From Stegostoma tigrinum (Eukaryota), in the NCBI RefSeq assembly GCF_030684315.1, contig NC_081365.1:39330985-39394984 (forward strand): a stretch of 64,000 nt of DNA, in the 5' to 3' direction. Positions 41,066 to 51,544 of this stretch are shown here, piece by piece. Both the position numbers and the translations under genes were made by a program. The notes under the pieces are model-generated. The model was not told the origin of the DNA. It did not search any database and saw only the letters and a program-made list of their open reading frames with translations. Positions within the stretch are counted from its first letter, which is position 1. Each line of letters begins with the position of its first letter.

Positions 41066-42499
41066 AGGCCCTCCGCTTCTTCCTGTCCCGCAGGCCCGAC
41101 CAGTCCCCCTCCACCGACACCCTCATCCGCCTAGCTGAACTCGTCCTCACACTCAACAACTTCTCTTTTGACTCCTCCCACTTCCTACAGACTAAGGGGG
41201 TGGCCATGGGCACCCGCATGGGCCCCAGCTATGCCTGCCTCTTTGTAGGTTACGTGGAACAGTCCCTCTTCCGCACCTACACAGGCCCCAAACCCCACCT
41301 CTTCCTCCGGTACATTGATGACTGTATTGGCGCCGCCTCTTGCTCCCCAGAGGAGCTTGAACAGTTCATCCACTTCACCAACACCTTCCACCCCAACCTT
41401 CAGTTCACCTGGGCCATCTCCAGCACATCCGTCACCTTCCTGGACCTCTCAGTCTCCATCTCAGGCAACCAGCTTGTAACTGATGTCCATTTCAAGCCCA
41501 CCGACTCCCACAGCTACCTAGAATACACCTCCTCCCACTCAACATCCTGCAAAAATTCCATCCCCTATTCCCAATTCTTCCGCCTCCGCCGCATCTGCTC
41601 CCACGATAAGACATTCCACTCCCGCACATCCCAGATGTCCAAGTTCTTTAAGGACCGCAACTTTCCCCCCACAGTGATCGAGAACGCCCTTGACCGCGTC
41701 TCCCGTATTTCCCGCAACACATCCCTCACACCCCGCTCCCCCCACAACCGCCCAAAGAGGATTCCCCTCGTTCTCACACACCACCCTACCAACCTCCGGT
41801 TACAACGCATCATCCTCCGACACTTCCGCCATTTACAATCCGACCCCACCACCCAAGACATTTTTCCATCCCCACCCCTGTCTGCTTTCCAGAGAGACCA
41901 CTCTCTCTGTGACTCCCTTGTTCGCTCCACACTGCCCTCCAACCCCACCACACCCGGCACCTTCCCCTGCAACCGCAGGAAATGCTACACTTGCCCCCAC
42001 ACCTCCTCCCTCACCCCTATCCCCGGCCCCAAGATGACATTCCACATTAAGCAGAGGTTCACCTGCACATCTGCCAATGTGGTATACTGCATCCACTGTA
42101 CCCGGTGTGGCTTCCTCTACATTGGGGAAACCAAGCGGAGGCTTGGAGACCGCTTTGCAGAACACCTCCGCTCAGTTCGCAACCAACAACTGCACCTCCC
42201 AGTTGCAAACCATTTCCACTCCCCCTCCCATTCTCTAGATGACATGTCCGTCATGGGCCTCCTGCAGTGCCACAATGATGCCACCCGAAGGTTGCAGGCA
42301 ACTCATATTCCGCCTGGGAACCCTGCAGCCATATGGTATCAATGTGGACTTCACCAGTTTCAAAATCTCCCCTTCCCCTACTGCATCCCTAAACCAGCCC
42401 AGTTCGTCCCCTCCCCCCACTGCACCACACAACCAGCCCAGCTCTTCCCCCCCACCCACTGCATCCCAAAACCAGTCCAACCTGTCTCTGCCTCCCTAA
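41066..42499 (+). pseudogene. PLE reverse transcriptase / GIY-YIG endonuclease ORF (5'-truncated, one frameshift near 42298)
   Basis: QTKGVAMGTRMGPSYA, LRYIDD, FLDL and FKPTD RT motifs. PCNRRKCYTC Cys linker (Neptune-type). NVVYCIHCTRCGFLYIGET GIY-YIG motif. C-terminus QLIFRLGTLQPYGIN continues in a shifted frame. Confidence 0.9.
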
Positions 42500-42722
42500 C
42501 CGGTTCTTCCTCTCACCCATCCCTTCCTCCCACCCCAAGCCGCACCCCCATCTACCTATAACCTCATCCCACCTCCTTGACCTGTCCGTCTTCCCTGGAC
42601 TGACCTATCCCCTCCCTACCTCCCCACCTACACTCTCTCCACCTATCTTCTTTTCTCTCCATCTTCGGTCCGCCTCCCCCTCTCTCCCTATTTATTCCAG
42701 TTACCTCTCCCCATCCCCCTCT

Positions 42723-42750
42723 CTGATGAAGGGTCTAGGCCCGAAACGTC
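42723..42750 (+). ncRNA. Minimal type I hammerhead ribozyme motif in PLE pLTR
   Basis: CTGATGA-A-GGGT(CTAG)GCCC-GAAACGTC: conserved core, stem II hairpin, palindromic ACGT in place of helix III, GUC triplet. Confidence 0.75.
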
Positions 42751-42811
42751 AGCTTTTGTGCTCCTGAGATGCTGCTTGGCCTGCTGTGTTCATCCAGCCT
42801 CACATTTTATT

Positions 42812-43290
42812 AACCAAGTTATAGTCCAACAGGTTTATTTGAAGAGACAAGCTTTCACAGCCTTGCTCCCTCTTCATGTGTTGGTGAGAAAGGTGGAATC
42901 AGACACAGAATTTATAAGTAAAAGATCAAAGGATCATAGCACTGATGAGGATGTATTAAACAAACCTACGATGCTATTAAATCTTTAATGAGTTGGAAGA
43001 TTTTAATTGATTAATATGTAGATGTAAACCCCTGATTCCTTTCCAGTCACTGCCCCAAGAGAACTAATGGTTTTATCAGTATGAAGAACAGGTGACATTT
43101 TAGGCCAGGCAAATTAGGGGTCAGACCTTGTTTAGAATCCATTTGTATTTTGTTTGGAGTCAGACTGGTGTTATTTCGAAAGTAGGAATTTATGAAAAGC
43201 CATATAGCCCAACTGTCTATAAATTGTGTGTTTTTTGAACAAAATATAATGTATCCACAAATACAAATTCACCCCATAGATTTACATGGG
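42812..43290 (-). mobile_element. PLE 3' remnant of the 50371 family
   Basis: GTTATAGTCCAACAGGTTTATTTG terminal motif is shared with the 50371-50576 arms. Confidence 0.55.
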
Positions 43291-43536
43291 TGTATGTGTG
43301 AGGGAGAGAGACAGTGAGTGTGTAAGGGATGTAGAGAGACAATGAGTGTGATGTGTGAGGTGGAGGGGAGAGCAAGAGTGCGCGCACGCGTGTGTGTGTG
43401 TGTGAGAGTGAGTGAGTGACAGTGAGCGTGTGAGGGAGGTAGAGAGAGAGTGAGTATGTGTGTATGAGGTGGAGGGGGGAGCGGGAAAGTGCGCGTGTGT
43501 GTGTGTGAGTGAGAGACAGAGAAACAGTGTGTGTGT
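43290..43536. repeat. Mixed (GT)/(GA) low-complexity tract with higher-order repetition
   Basis: Recurrent GAGAGACAGTGAGTG and GAGGTGGAGGGGGAG blocks. Confidence 0.8.
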
Positions 43537-43779
43537 TGGCTGTCAATGCTTGGTGTCAGCAAATGTGGGTAATTGTTTGGGGGTGGAATGTGAATCTCTT
43601 CCTTGTTTGAAGCGTTCCAGTTGCCTCATTTAAATCATAGCATGGCATGCAAATTTAGGAATGCCTCTGGCACCAAACGAAACACGGTAGAAATGTGACT
43701 TTTAGTGCATTTACAGTCAGAAATGGTTCTGTTGCAGCACACATATTTAGCAGAAACAACAATCAAAAACTTCAATGTC

Positions 43780-44700
43780 ACCCCCCCAACAATTGAAAAT
43801 GAATTAATTGTGTCAATTTTAGATCAGAATACAATATTGAAATTATACGAAAGTAACTGGTAGGGATGAGGACCTGCAGTTTACTAAGTGACAACATGCA
43901 TGGATTTTGGAGGTGAACATTCTGCTCAACAAATGTTTTGACATATTAAGATAATATAAATAAACCAACGCAATCCAAGTTCCTACGTTATAGAGTACTT
44001 CAACCATCACGAAGTCTTTGACAAAGTCCTATATGAAAAACACAAATTAAATAAAATCTTTAAACATTTACGATAGGATACAAGAGTAGGTAAGGAATCA
44101 GATAACAAAAAGGAAATGTTAGTTGTGAACACTGCAACTTAATCTGTTGCACCCAAATATTTTTCCAAAAAGCTTGCAGCAGGGTACAGATTGAGAGGCT
44201 TGACTAAAATGTCGAACTGTCAGCTATCACTGGTGATGTACTGTGATGGATTGAGAACTGGGTAAATGCCTACTACAGGAAGAGGTTAAATAATTTTGGA
44301 TCTATTTAGAGAGCGATCATTACAATATTTCATTAGGACCATTGTTAATTATCATTTTAGCTCAGTTAGCTAGGCTAGATATAAGCTTGGGGGAATGATC
44401 GTCAAGTTTAGAGATGATAGTAAGATTTATGCAATAGTTAAGGCTGTAAATAATCCTTTCAAATGGATCTAGATGAGAGGCGAATTGGGCTCTTAACTGG
44501 CAATTGACGTTTAAATTACAAAATGCAATGTTATTCCCACAGGCAATGCTGGATAAGTATTAATGTGTGAGTACTGAATATATTCAGGAGAAATACTGAA
44601 GCTGGCGGAGAAAGAATTTGGGCATTCCAGTGCATAAATTGCTTTGGCTTCTTGACTAAAGACTTGAATTAAGTGCTATTGAGTGAACACAACGTTAAAA
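43780..44700 (+). mobile_element. Very old CR1 RT remnant
   Basis: Traces of QHGF, CSTN, FDKV, LGPLL and DDSK motifs. Confidence 0.5.
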
Positions 44701-44979
44701 CATACTTATGGGACAGTGCACTATCATCCTCATATGAGGTCTATGTTAAGATATTAGTTTTGGTTTCCCAAAGTGAGAGCTTTGTCAGTTTTTGGTTGAT
44801 GGGATATGATAAGATGTCATCTTCTAGATTAGTTTTGATCATCTAAAAGATTGGGGAGAGGGGGCAATGTCCATTCACATGTAAGGCAATTGAAAAAGAT
44901 ATTTCTACACTTTTAAGATGAACTATTTATTTTTAAAATATGATTCTGTGCCTCTCCCAGAAGACGGCAAGGCTCCTAG

Positions 44980-45275
44980 GATGGTGACGGTGACGGCGAG
45001 CACGAGGGGGCATAGCTTTAAATTGAGGGGTGAAAGATATAGGACAGATGTCAGAGGTAGTTTCTTTACTCAGAGAGTAGTAAGGGAATGGAACGCTTTG
45101 CCTGCAACGGTAGTAGATTCGCCAACTTTAGGTACATTTAAGTCGTCATTGGACAAGCATATGGACGTACATGGAATAGTGTAAGTTAGATGGGCTTGAG
45201 ATCAGTATGACAGGTCGGCACAACATCGAGAGCCGAAGGGCCTGTACTGTGCTGTAATGTTCTATATATGTTCTA
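44980..45275 (+). mobile_element. Young CR1 LINE 3' end
   Basis: Intact STRGHSFKL...[14 protein letters not shown] peptide, retained CpGs, CR1 tail. Confidence 0.85.
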
Positions 45276-46901
45276 TAAACATTGTGTTGTACAAGGCATT
45301 ACAACTGTATGGATGGGAAGGTTTGGATGAACAGTTTATCTTTACAGATCCATCATTTCCTAAATCATGGCAAACATTTTAGTGACTCCAGTAACAGTCA
45401 GCAACCTAAACCACTCACTCAAAACAAATACTAACATTCTTTAAAAACCAGTGTACTATGTTAGTGCAACAATCCAAAATAAGGAATTCAGATGTCAATG
45501 GAAAACTACTTGCTCTGCATCTACTATACAGAATTAGTAACCTTTTTTAGTGTATGTATACGGAGGAGTTGAAGAACTAACGCTGAGATTAAGTCTGTTT
45601 GCAGTAATCCTGCAAGTGTGTCTAGTCCTGGGATGCTTGTATCTCTCGCTTAATCATGAAGCTTTGCTGTAATCTCAAGCCACAAACTCATTACATTCGG
45701 TTGTCCTTCTGGTTTAACTATACCAAGTGAAATTGCAAAAACACTTATGGCTACTTCGCTATCAAGATGGTATTTAAGGCAAGCCTGATCCAGGTCAGAC
45801 ACAATGGGCCAAATGGCCTTCTATTGTGCTTTAAGGCTTTTCATGTTTCTAAGACCAGGCTTCCCTCCCCAATGGAATTTTAAGACGTTGAAGCACAAAC
45901 AAAAGAGAATTATCCAAATATGTGAGGTATCGAGCACTCAACGTGGAAGAAACCAATGGTGTAGAATGCAAATAGATAATACTTCTGAGGTGAATGAGTT
46001 TTACATTATTCAGATCAAATGAAATTCTTTGCTAATCGTGCACAAATGCAGATTTTTAAGTGAGTATCGGTGTGATACTGGAAGGAAGCTTTTCAAATAT
46101 TTCATTTTCTTTACTGCAAGCAGTAAATGGTATCTTATTTATATTCCGACATGTTTCCCAGATTACAGACATCTTCTCCTGTAAACATGGTCCCAGATGA
46201 AGCACATTATTAAGAATCTTGGCACACAAAATATTACTGTAACCACTTATTTTGAATAATGTATCACACCTGGGCTCAATTTCAAAGAGACCTTGTCTAT
46301 CGTCTGTATTTTAGTGAAGATTGAATGCAGGAGTAAATGAATGAGAAAACTACTTCAATAATAAGGTAAAGCTCTGCAAATGCAATACTAGAAAATCCAT
46401 TGTCTACAGTGAATATTTCTATTAGGTTCCAGAGTCATAGAGTTATACAGCATGGAAACAGATCCTTTGGTCCAACTTGTCTGTATCAACCAGATATCCT
46501 AAAATGATTTAATCCCACTTGCCAGCATTTGGACCATATCCCTTTAAATTCTTCCTATTCATGTACCAATCTAGATGCCTTTTAAATGTCATAATTGTAT
46601 ACCCCTCCACCACCTGTTCTGGCAGTTTGTTCCATGCATGAACCATTCTCTATGTGAAAACGTTGGTTGAACAGACTTGAAAGTTAATTTAACCAAGCAC
46701 AAGTTTGAACCACTTTCAATACAGAAAACCTATTCAGCTTTATGTTACTGCAACATCTGTGAAATAATTATACCCTGACACTGTTACAAAAGTACATGTT
46801 GCTTCTTCAAAGGGAATGCAGCACATTTCATGTTGCCTTGTTATTACCTGTTACACGCTACTGTAACAAAGATGAACAGTGCAAAGCCAGGGATCACTTA
46901 C

Positions 46902-47279
46902 CTGTCAGGTTCCCCTTAGCATTGTAGGATCCCCAGTAGGTTGATTCTGTGTTAGGAGTGTGGCATTCATATTCCCCTGTGTCTCGTAGTTGTAGATTGG
47001 TGATGTGTAAGAGTGCTGAGTCTCCATCAATTCTCTCAACGTAGACCTCATTATTATGGACTCTCTCTGCATAAACAGCATAGGGGTAACCAGGATCATT
47101 TGTGCTGACTATCTGGATTTGCCTTTCAGGTGCAGAAGGCAGATAGATGGACCATTCAAAATTCTGCTGTGTGGAACCTACATATCCAGATACATTACAC
47201 CAAATGGTTATGTGGTATCCTTCTGCTCTGATCAATGGGCCTTCCTGTACCTGGACATGTCTTTGAGCTGCACACAGGC
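46902..47279 (-). CDS. IGSF3: Internal coding exon: end of signal peptide plus first V-type Ig domain of an IGSF3-like (EWI family, IGSF3/CD101 branch) protein
   Basis: Translation (G)LCAAQRHVQVQEGPLIRAEGYHITIWCNVSGY...QQNFEWSIYLPSAPERQIQIVST...LLHITNLQLRDTGEYECHTPNTESTYWGSYNAKGNLT closely matches IGSF3 Ig1 as recalled, with canonical Cys/Trp and DxGxYxC. Acceptor tttctcttttgcAG precedes 47279 and donor G|GTAAGT follows 46902. Length 378 nt, phase 1-1. Confidence 0.9.
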
Positions 47280-47407
47280 CTGCAAAAGAGAAACAATAGA
47301 TGTACGAAGTTAGATGACTTCTCAGAAACAATCCACGAGACCACTTAAATCCAAATGTTCCTTGCCTCCTTCTTTCCCACCACTTATGCCTCCCAATTTT
47401 CTCTGAG

Positions 47408-48370
47408 AGCCATAGAGTCATACAGCATGGAAACAGACTCTTCGGTCCAACTAGTCCATGCTGACCATAATGCCAAACCAAATTAGTCCCATCTGCTTGT
47501 TCTTGACCCATATGCCTTCAAACACTTTTTGATTCATGTACTTATCCAAATGTCTTCTGAATGTTGTAACAGTATCCACATCCACCTCTTCCTCTGGAAG
47601 TTCATTCCACACAAAAACCACTCGCTGTTAAAAAAGTTGTCCCTCATGTCTTTCTCCTCTCACCTTAAAAATATGCCTCCTGTCTTGAAATCTCCCACCT
47701 TAGGGAAAATAGAACATTACAGCACAGTACAGGCCCTTCGGCCCTCGAATACACCTGCCATTCACCTTATCTACACTCCTCATGATTTTACAGACCTAAA
47801 TAAGTTCACCCCTCAACTTCCCACGCTCCATGAAAAAAGTCCCAGCCATTCCAGCCCCTCCTTATAACTCAAACCCTCCATTCCTGATAACATCTTAGTA
47901 AATCTTTTCTGAACACTCTCCAGCTTAATAATATCCTTCCTATAACAGGAGACCAGAACGGCACACAGTACTCCAGAAGAAGCCTCACCAACGTCTTGCA
48001 CAACCTTGACAAGACATCTCAATTCCCATCATGAAAGGTCTGAGCAATGGAGGCAAGTGTACTAAGCTGCCCTGTCTACATTTGAGCAAATTTCAAAGAA
48101 TTATGTTCCTGAACCTGACAGGTCTCTCTGTTCTACAATACTACCCAAGGCCCTAATTTTAATTGTATAAGTTCTGCCCTTGTTTGTTTTACCGAACTGC
48201 AATAACTCACATTTATTCAAATTAAACTCTATCTGCCACTCCTCAGCATGTTGACCCAACTGATCAATATCAGTCTGTAATCTTAGATAATCTTCCTTAC
48301 TGTCCACTATACCACCAATTTTTGTGTCACCTGCAGACTTAATAACTATGTGTTCTATATTCTCAATTAA
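47408..48370 (-). mobile_element. CR1 LINE 3' fragment
   Basis: AGDTKIGGIVDSKEDYLRLQTDIDQL...WQIEFNLNKC and KDIIKLESVQKRFTKML; tail at 47410-47520. Confidence 0.85.
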
Positions 48371-50370
48371 ATCATTTTCACCACAGTGGACATATTCTGT
48401 CCAAGTGCAGATCAGTGCCTGAGAATTCTCAGTGCACTCAGGGATCATCAGAAACATCCAAAAAATGGAGAAGATGAAAAAAAGGAGAGTATACACAGTA
48501 GATCTGGAGTTGGGAGGAGCTCCTTCCCCATCACTGTTCTGCATGAGAAGGGAATTAATGAAAATGTTTTCTGACACTTCTGTAATTGTCTCCAGTACCA
48601 TTGTGAAGCAAGAGAAATTTTTATGTTGAACATCCCACCAGTTTCTCGTGCATTTTATAGAATGATCAATTATCATTAGTATAATACTACTTTGCACATT
48701 TAAATTGATCCACTACTTATTTCAGCTAGCCTCAGGGATGTTCAGAGTCAGTGAAGAGGAGTAGGAACACTGGTTGTACACATTAGAAACAGGCCTTCAC
48801 ATTCACATTTGACATAAACTACATCAGTTTTTGAATAAAGTAAAGAAAAGCAGTGCATGCACTTTTTTCTTGAATGTGGCCCAGACCAAATACCAAGATG
48901 ACAGATCAGGCCCACATTTAATTTAACTCTTCTGATCGGCAAATTGAAAGAATCAGCTTGTTGCTTTGATTTGTATCTTCAGTTAGCTTTTAAATACTTT
49001 CCTGAAGAACAAAGTTCAAATCATAAACGCATCATACATGCTTTCAGCTAGATATTATTACACTAGCCCAAGAATTTCTACTACAGATGCTGGTTTCCTT
49101 TTGCAATTTTAGATGTTGATGAAAATTGATGAAAAATTTGTCCCTGTTGTGACAGAAAATGAATGGCTTGTCGCTGAAGAGATTATACCATTTTTCAATT
49201 TTTTAATATTTCATGCTTCAGTGCTGAAGAACAGTAAGAAAAGCAGAAGCAAAATCATTAATTATATTTTGGTCTGTCTTTCCTTATAAGCCAGAGCGTA
49301 AATGGTCAGAAACAGCTGAATATTATTGTGAACACGTGTGTTATAAACCAAATAGAAAGGATTTATACTGCACTTTGATATCCCTTCATTTTAATTTTGT
49401 TTCAATACAAATTAGTTTTATTTTACAAAGTCACAGAAATTTCAAACAAAAGACTATTTGAGAATTTCCATCTATGCTGGCTGTCTTCTTTAATCCAATT
49501 AGCCAGCCTGAGACCTGAGACGACACCCAGTAGAGCATTAGTTAACAGAATTGACAAGTGTTGGTAGAATATTTAACGATGAAGTTACTGCTAATGCAGA
49601 TGTTGGCCTTATTGGAGGTGTACAAGTTGTGGATCAATTTAAGGTGTAAATATAAATTAAAATTTATATTTTCATGCATTGAAGTTCTGTTAGGAATTTT
49701 CTAATCGTCTGCTGCAACTTTAAGAAAACTACATTGGAAGCCCGGAGAAACTGCATGAATTCACCCCCCTCCCCACCTCAGCCACAGAAATGCAGCCACA
49801 GTATTCGTACCATCACTGTTCTTCACAAATTAACAGCTACCTCAATGCAATTGCCAGTGAGCTCTGATTCACAGCACACAGTTACACGGCTGATGGATTT
49901 ATGCAAATTTTGTTTTAGAAAACATAACAGGCTTCTAGTACTGCTGTTCATTTAAGGTTTGAGTAGGGCGTAATTTTCTCCCTGTTGTAAATATTACTTG
50001 AAGCTAACATCAGAATCTGTCGTCTAGCAGTTGACTTAAAAATAACAAGAAATACATTTTCCTCCTCTGGCCAAAGTTCTCATCTCTATTTTCCTGAGGG
50101 CGCTTACCTTACTATTACAGAGCATTCCAATGATTGCTGGAACCCTTGAGTAAATGATTGTTAATCTGTGAACCTTCACTGTGAACAATGATGCTGGATT
50201 GGTTAGCATTACAGCCAAGTTCGATGCTGTACAAAATAGCCTATGTAAATTTGTTATGATCAGGTGAGAAGGGAGACTATTGACTTCACTCTTTTTAACA
50301 CCTCTCTCAGTCAGTTGCAACAAATATTTTTATTTCTCTTTAGGCATGAAACTATATCACACCTCAATTA

Positions 50371-50576
50371 TGATGTGGAGGTGTCAGTGTTGGACTGGAA
50401 TGGGCATGGTCAGAAATCACATGACACCAGTTATAGTCCAACAGTTTTATTTGAGAACACAAGTTTCCATAGCCTCAGTCCTTCTTCAGGTGTTAGGAAG
50501 ACTAAGGCTCCAAAAGTTTGTGTTTTCAAATAAACCTGTTGGACTATAACCTTGTGTCCTGTGATTTCTGACTTTG
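50371..50576. mobile_element. Palindromic mini-element of a different PLE family
   Basis: Inverted arms GTCAGAAATCAC...TTATAGTCCAACAG and CTGTTGGACTATAA...GTGATTTCTGAC. TSD CACACCTCAATTA at 50358-50370 and 50577-50589. Degenerate CTGAAGA...GAAA core on the minus strand at the centre. Confidence 0.8.
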
Positions 50577-51320
50577 CACACCTCAATTAGAGCTTGGTTA
50601 AGTAGATCAAAATGGAGGAGCCAATTCTAAGGTTTACTTGAATACAATAAAATGGAATTTCACCATTTACTACTGACAGTGAGTTTTCAATTAATAATGC
50701 ACGTCCCAAATTCTCTCAGCACTGACTTTTGGGGTCAATGAAAGAGTCAAGCAGAGTGGCTTCGCATCCTTCCTTATAAATCCATTTTTCCTGGTGTCTG
50801 CTGTGAAGCAGCTGTTGACAAAGGTCCATGTGTGTATTCCTGAGTCTACTCATTGATCTTCCGGGCTGGCTAAATGGCAGGCAAGCCTTTCATTGCCCAT
50901 TATGTGAAATTATCACACATGTACAGATTAAACAGGAGACACAGATCTATGTTTCTTGATGCTTCGCTGAGTAACAGTGCCCCTCAATATAAATGTTCAT
51001 TGTGATTTAGCTGGTTTTGTGTATTTCAAATAGATTTGCATTAATCTGGCATCAGGTGAACACACAAATATTTTAGGTCAGTATTTTTCCTTCTTAATAT
51101 CATGTTTAATCTTCAAAAGATCTCCAGTATAACAATGAGATGACAGTGATTGAATATTGATAATCCATTTTACATTATGAGTGCAACAATCTGTCATTCA
51201 CTCAGAGGCATGTATTTGCATTTCACAGAAGAGTCACTGGCTCGGTAGAAGTAAAATTGCCATAATCACAGAGAACCATAGGGCTGCCCTTTCAGTAAAG
51301 AGAGACAACTGAGTAAAGAT

Positions 51321-51544
51321 TGTAGCATGGTCAGCCAGCTAGACCTAACAGAATATGAGTTCCCTGATTGGGGTTGTTAATCTGGTCCAATCAGGGAGCC
51401 TTGGCTGACGTAAAAGGATGAATATCAGGGATAATGAACCCCGAATGCCTGACTCAGTTTCAGGCAGTGCTATTGTCAAAGGCTATGCATTTGTAAATAA
51501 GAGGTGATTAGTGTTGGGATGCCAGCCTCTAAAGAGTTATTTCA
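51321..51544 (+). mobile_element. Short solo-LTR-like insertion within a minus-strand tRNA-SINE (~51255-51690)
   Basis: TG...CA termini, inverted CCAAT pair, TATA-like and polyA-like words; host SINE is continuous across it. Confidence 0.5.

Larger units (their letters stand above)
40395..42811 (+). mobile_element. Young, 5'-truncated Neptune-type Penelope-like retroelement with inverted pLTR
   Basis: RT plus GIY-YIG ORF on + (41066-42499). 40395-40887 is the reverse complement of the 3' end (42324-42811). A hammerhead-like core lies in each arm. Confidence 0.92.

Noticed and set aside
41026-42561. 511-aa ORF taken as an intact gene
   Set aside because: Its start lies in the inverted segment, RT motif A is missing from this strand, and the C-terminus is frameshifted.
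47280-47511. N-terminal ~77 aa of the 205-aa ORF 46894..47511
   Set aside because: Lies upstream of a clear splice acceptor and overlaps a CR1 tail; intronic read-through.
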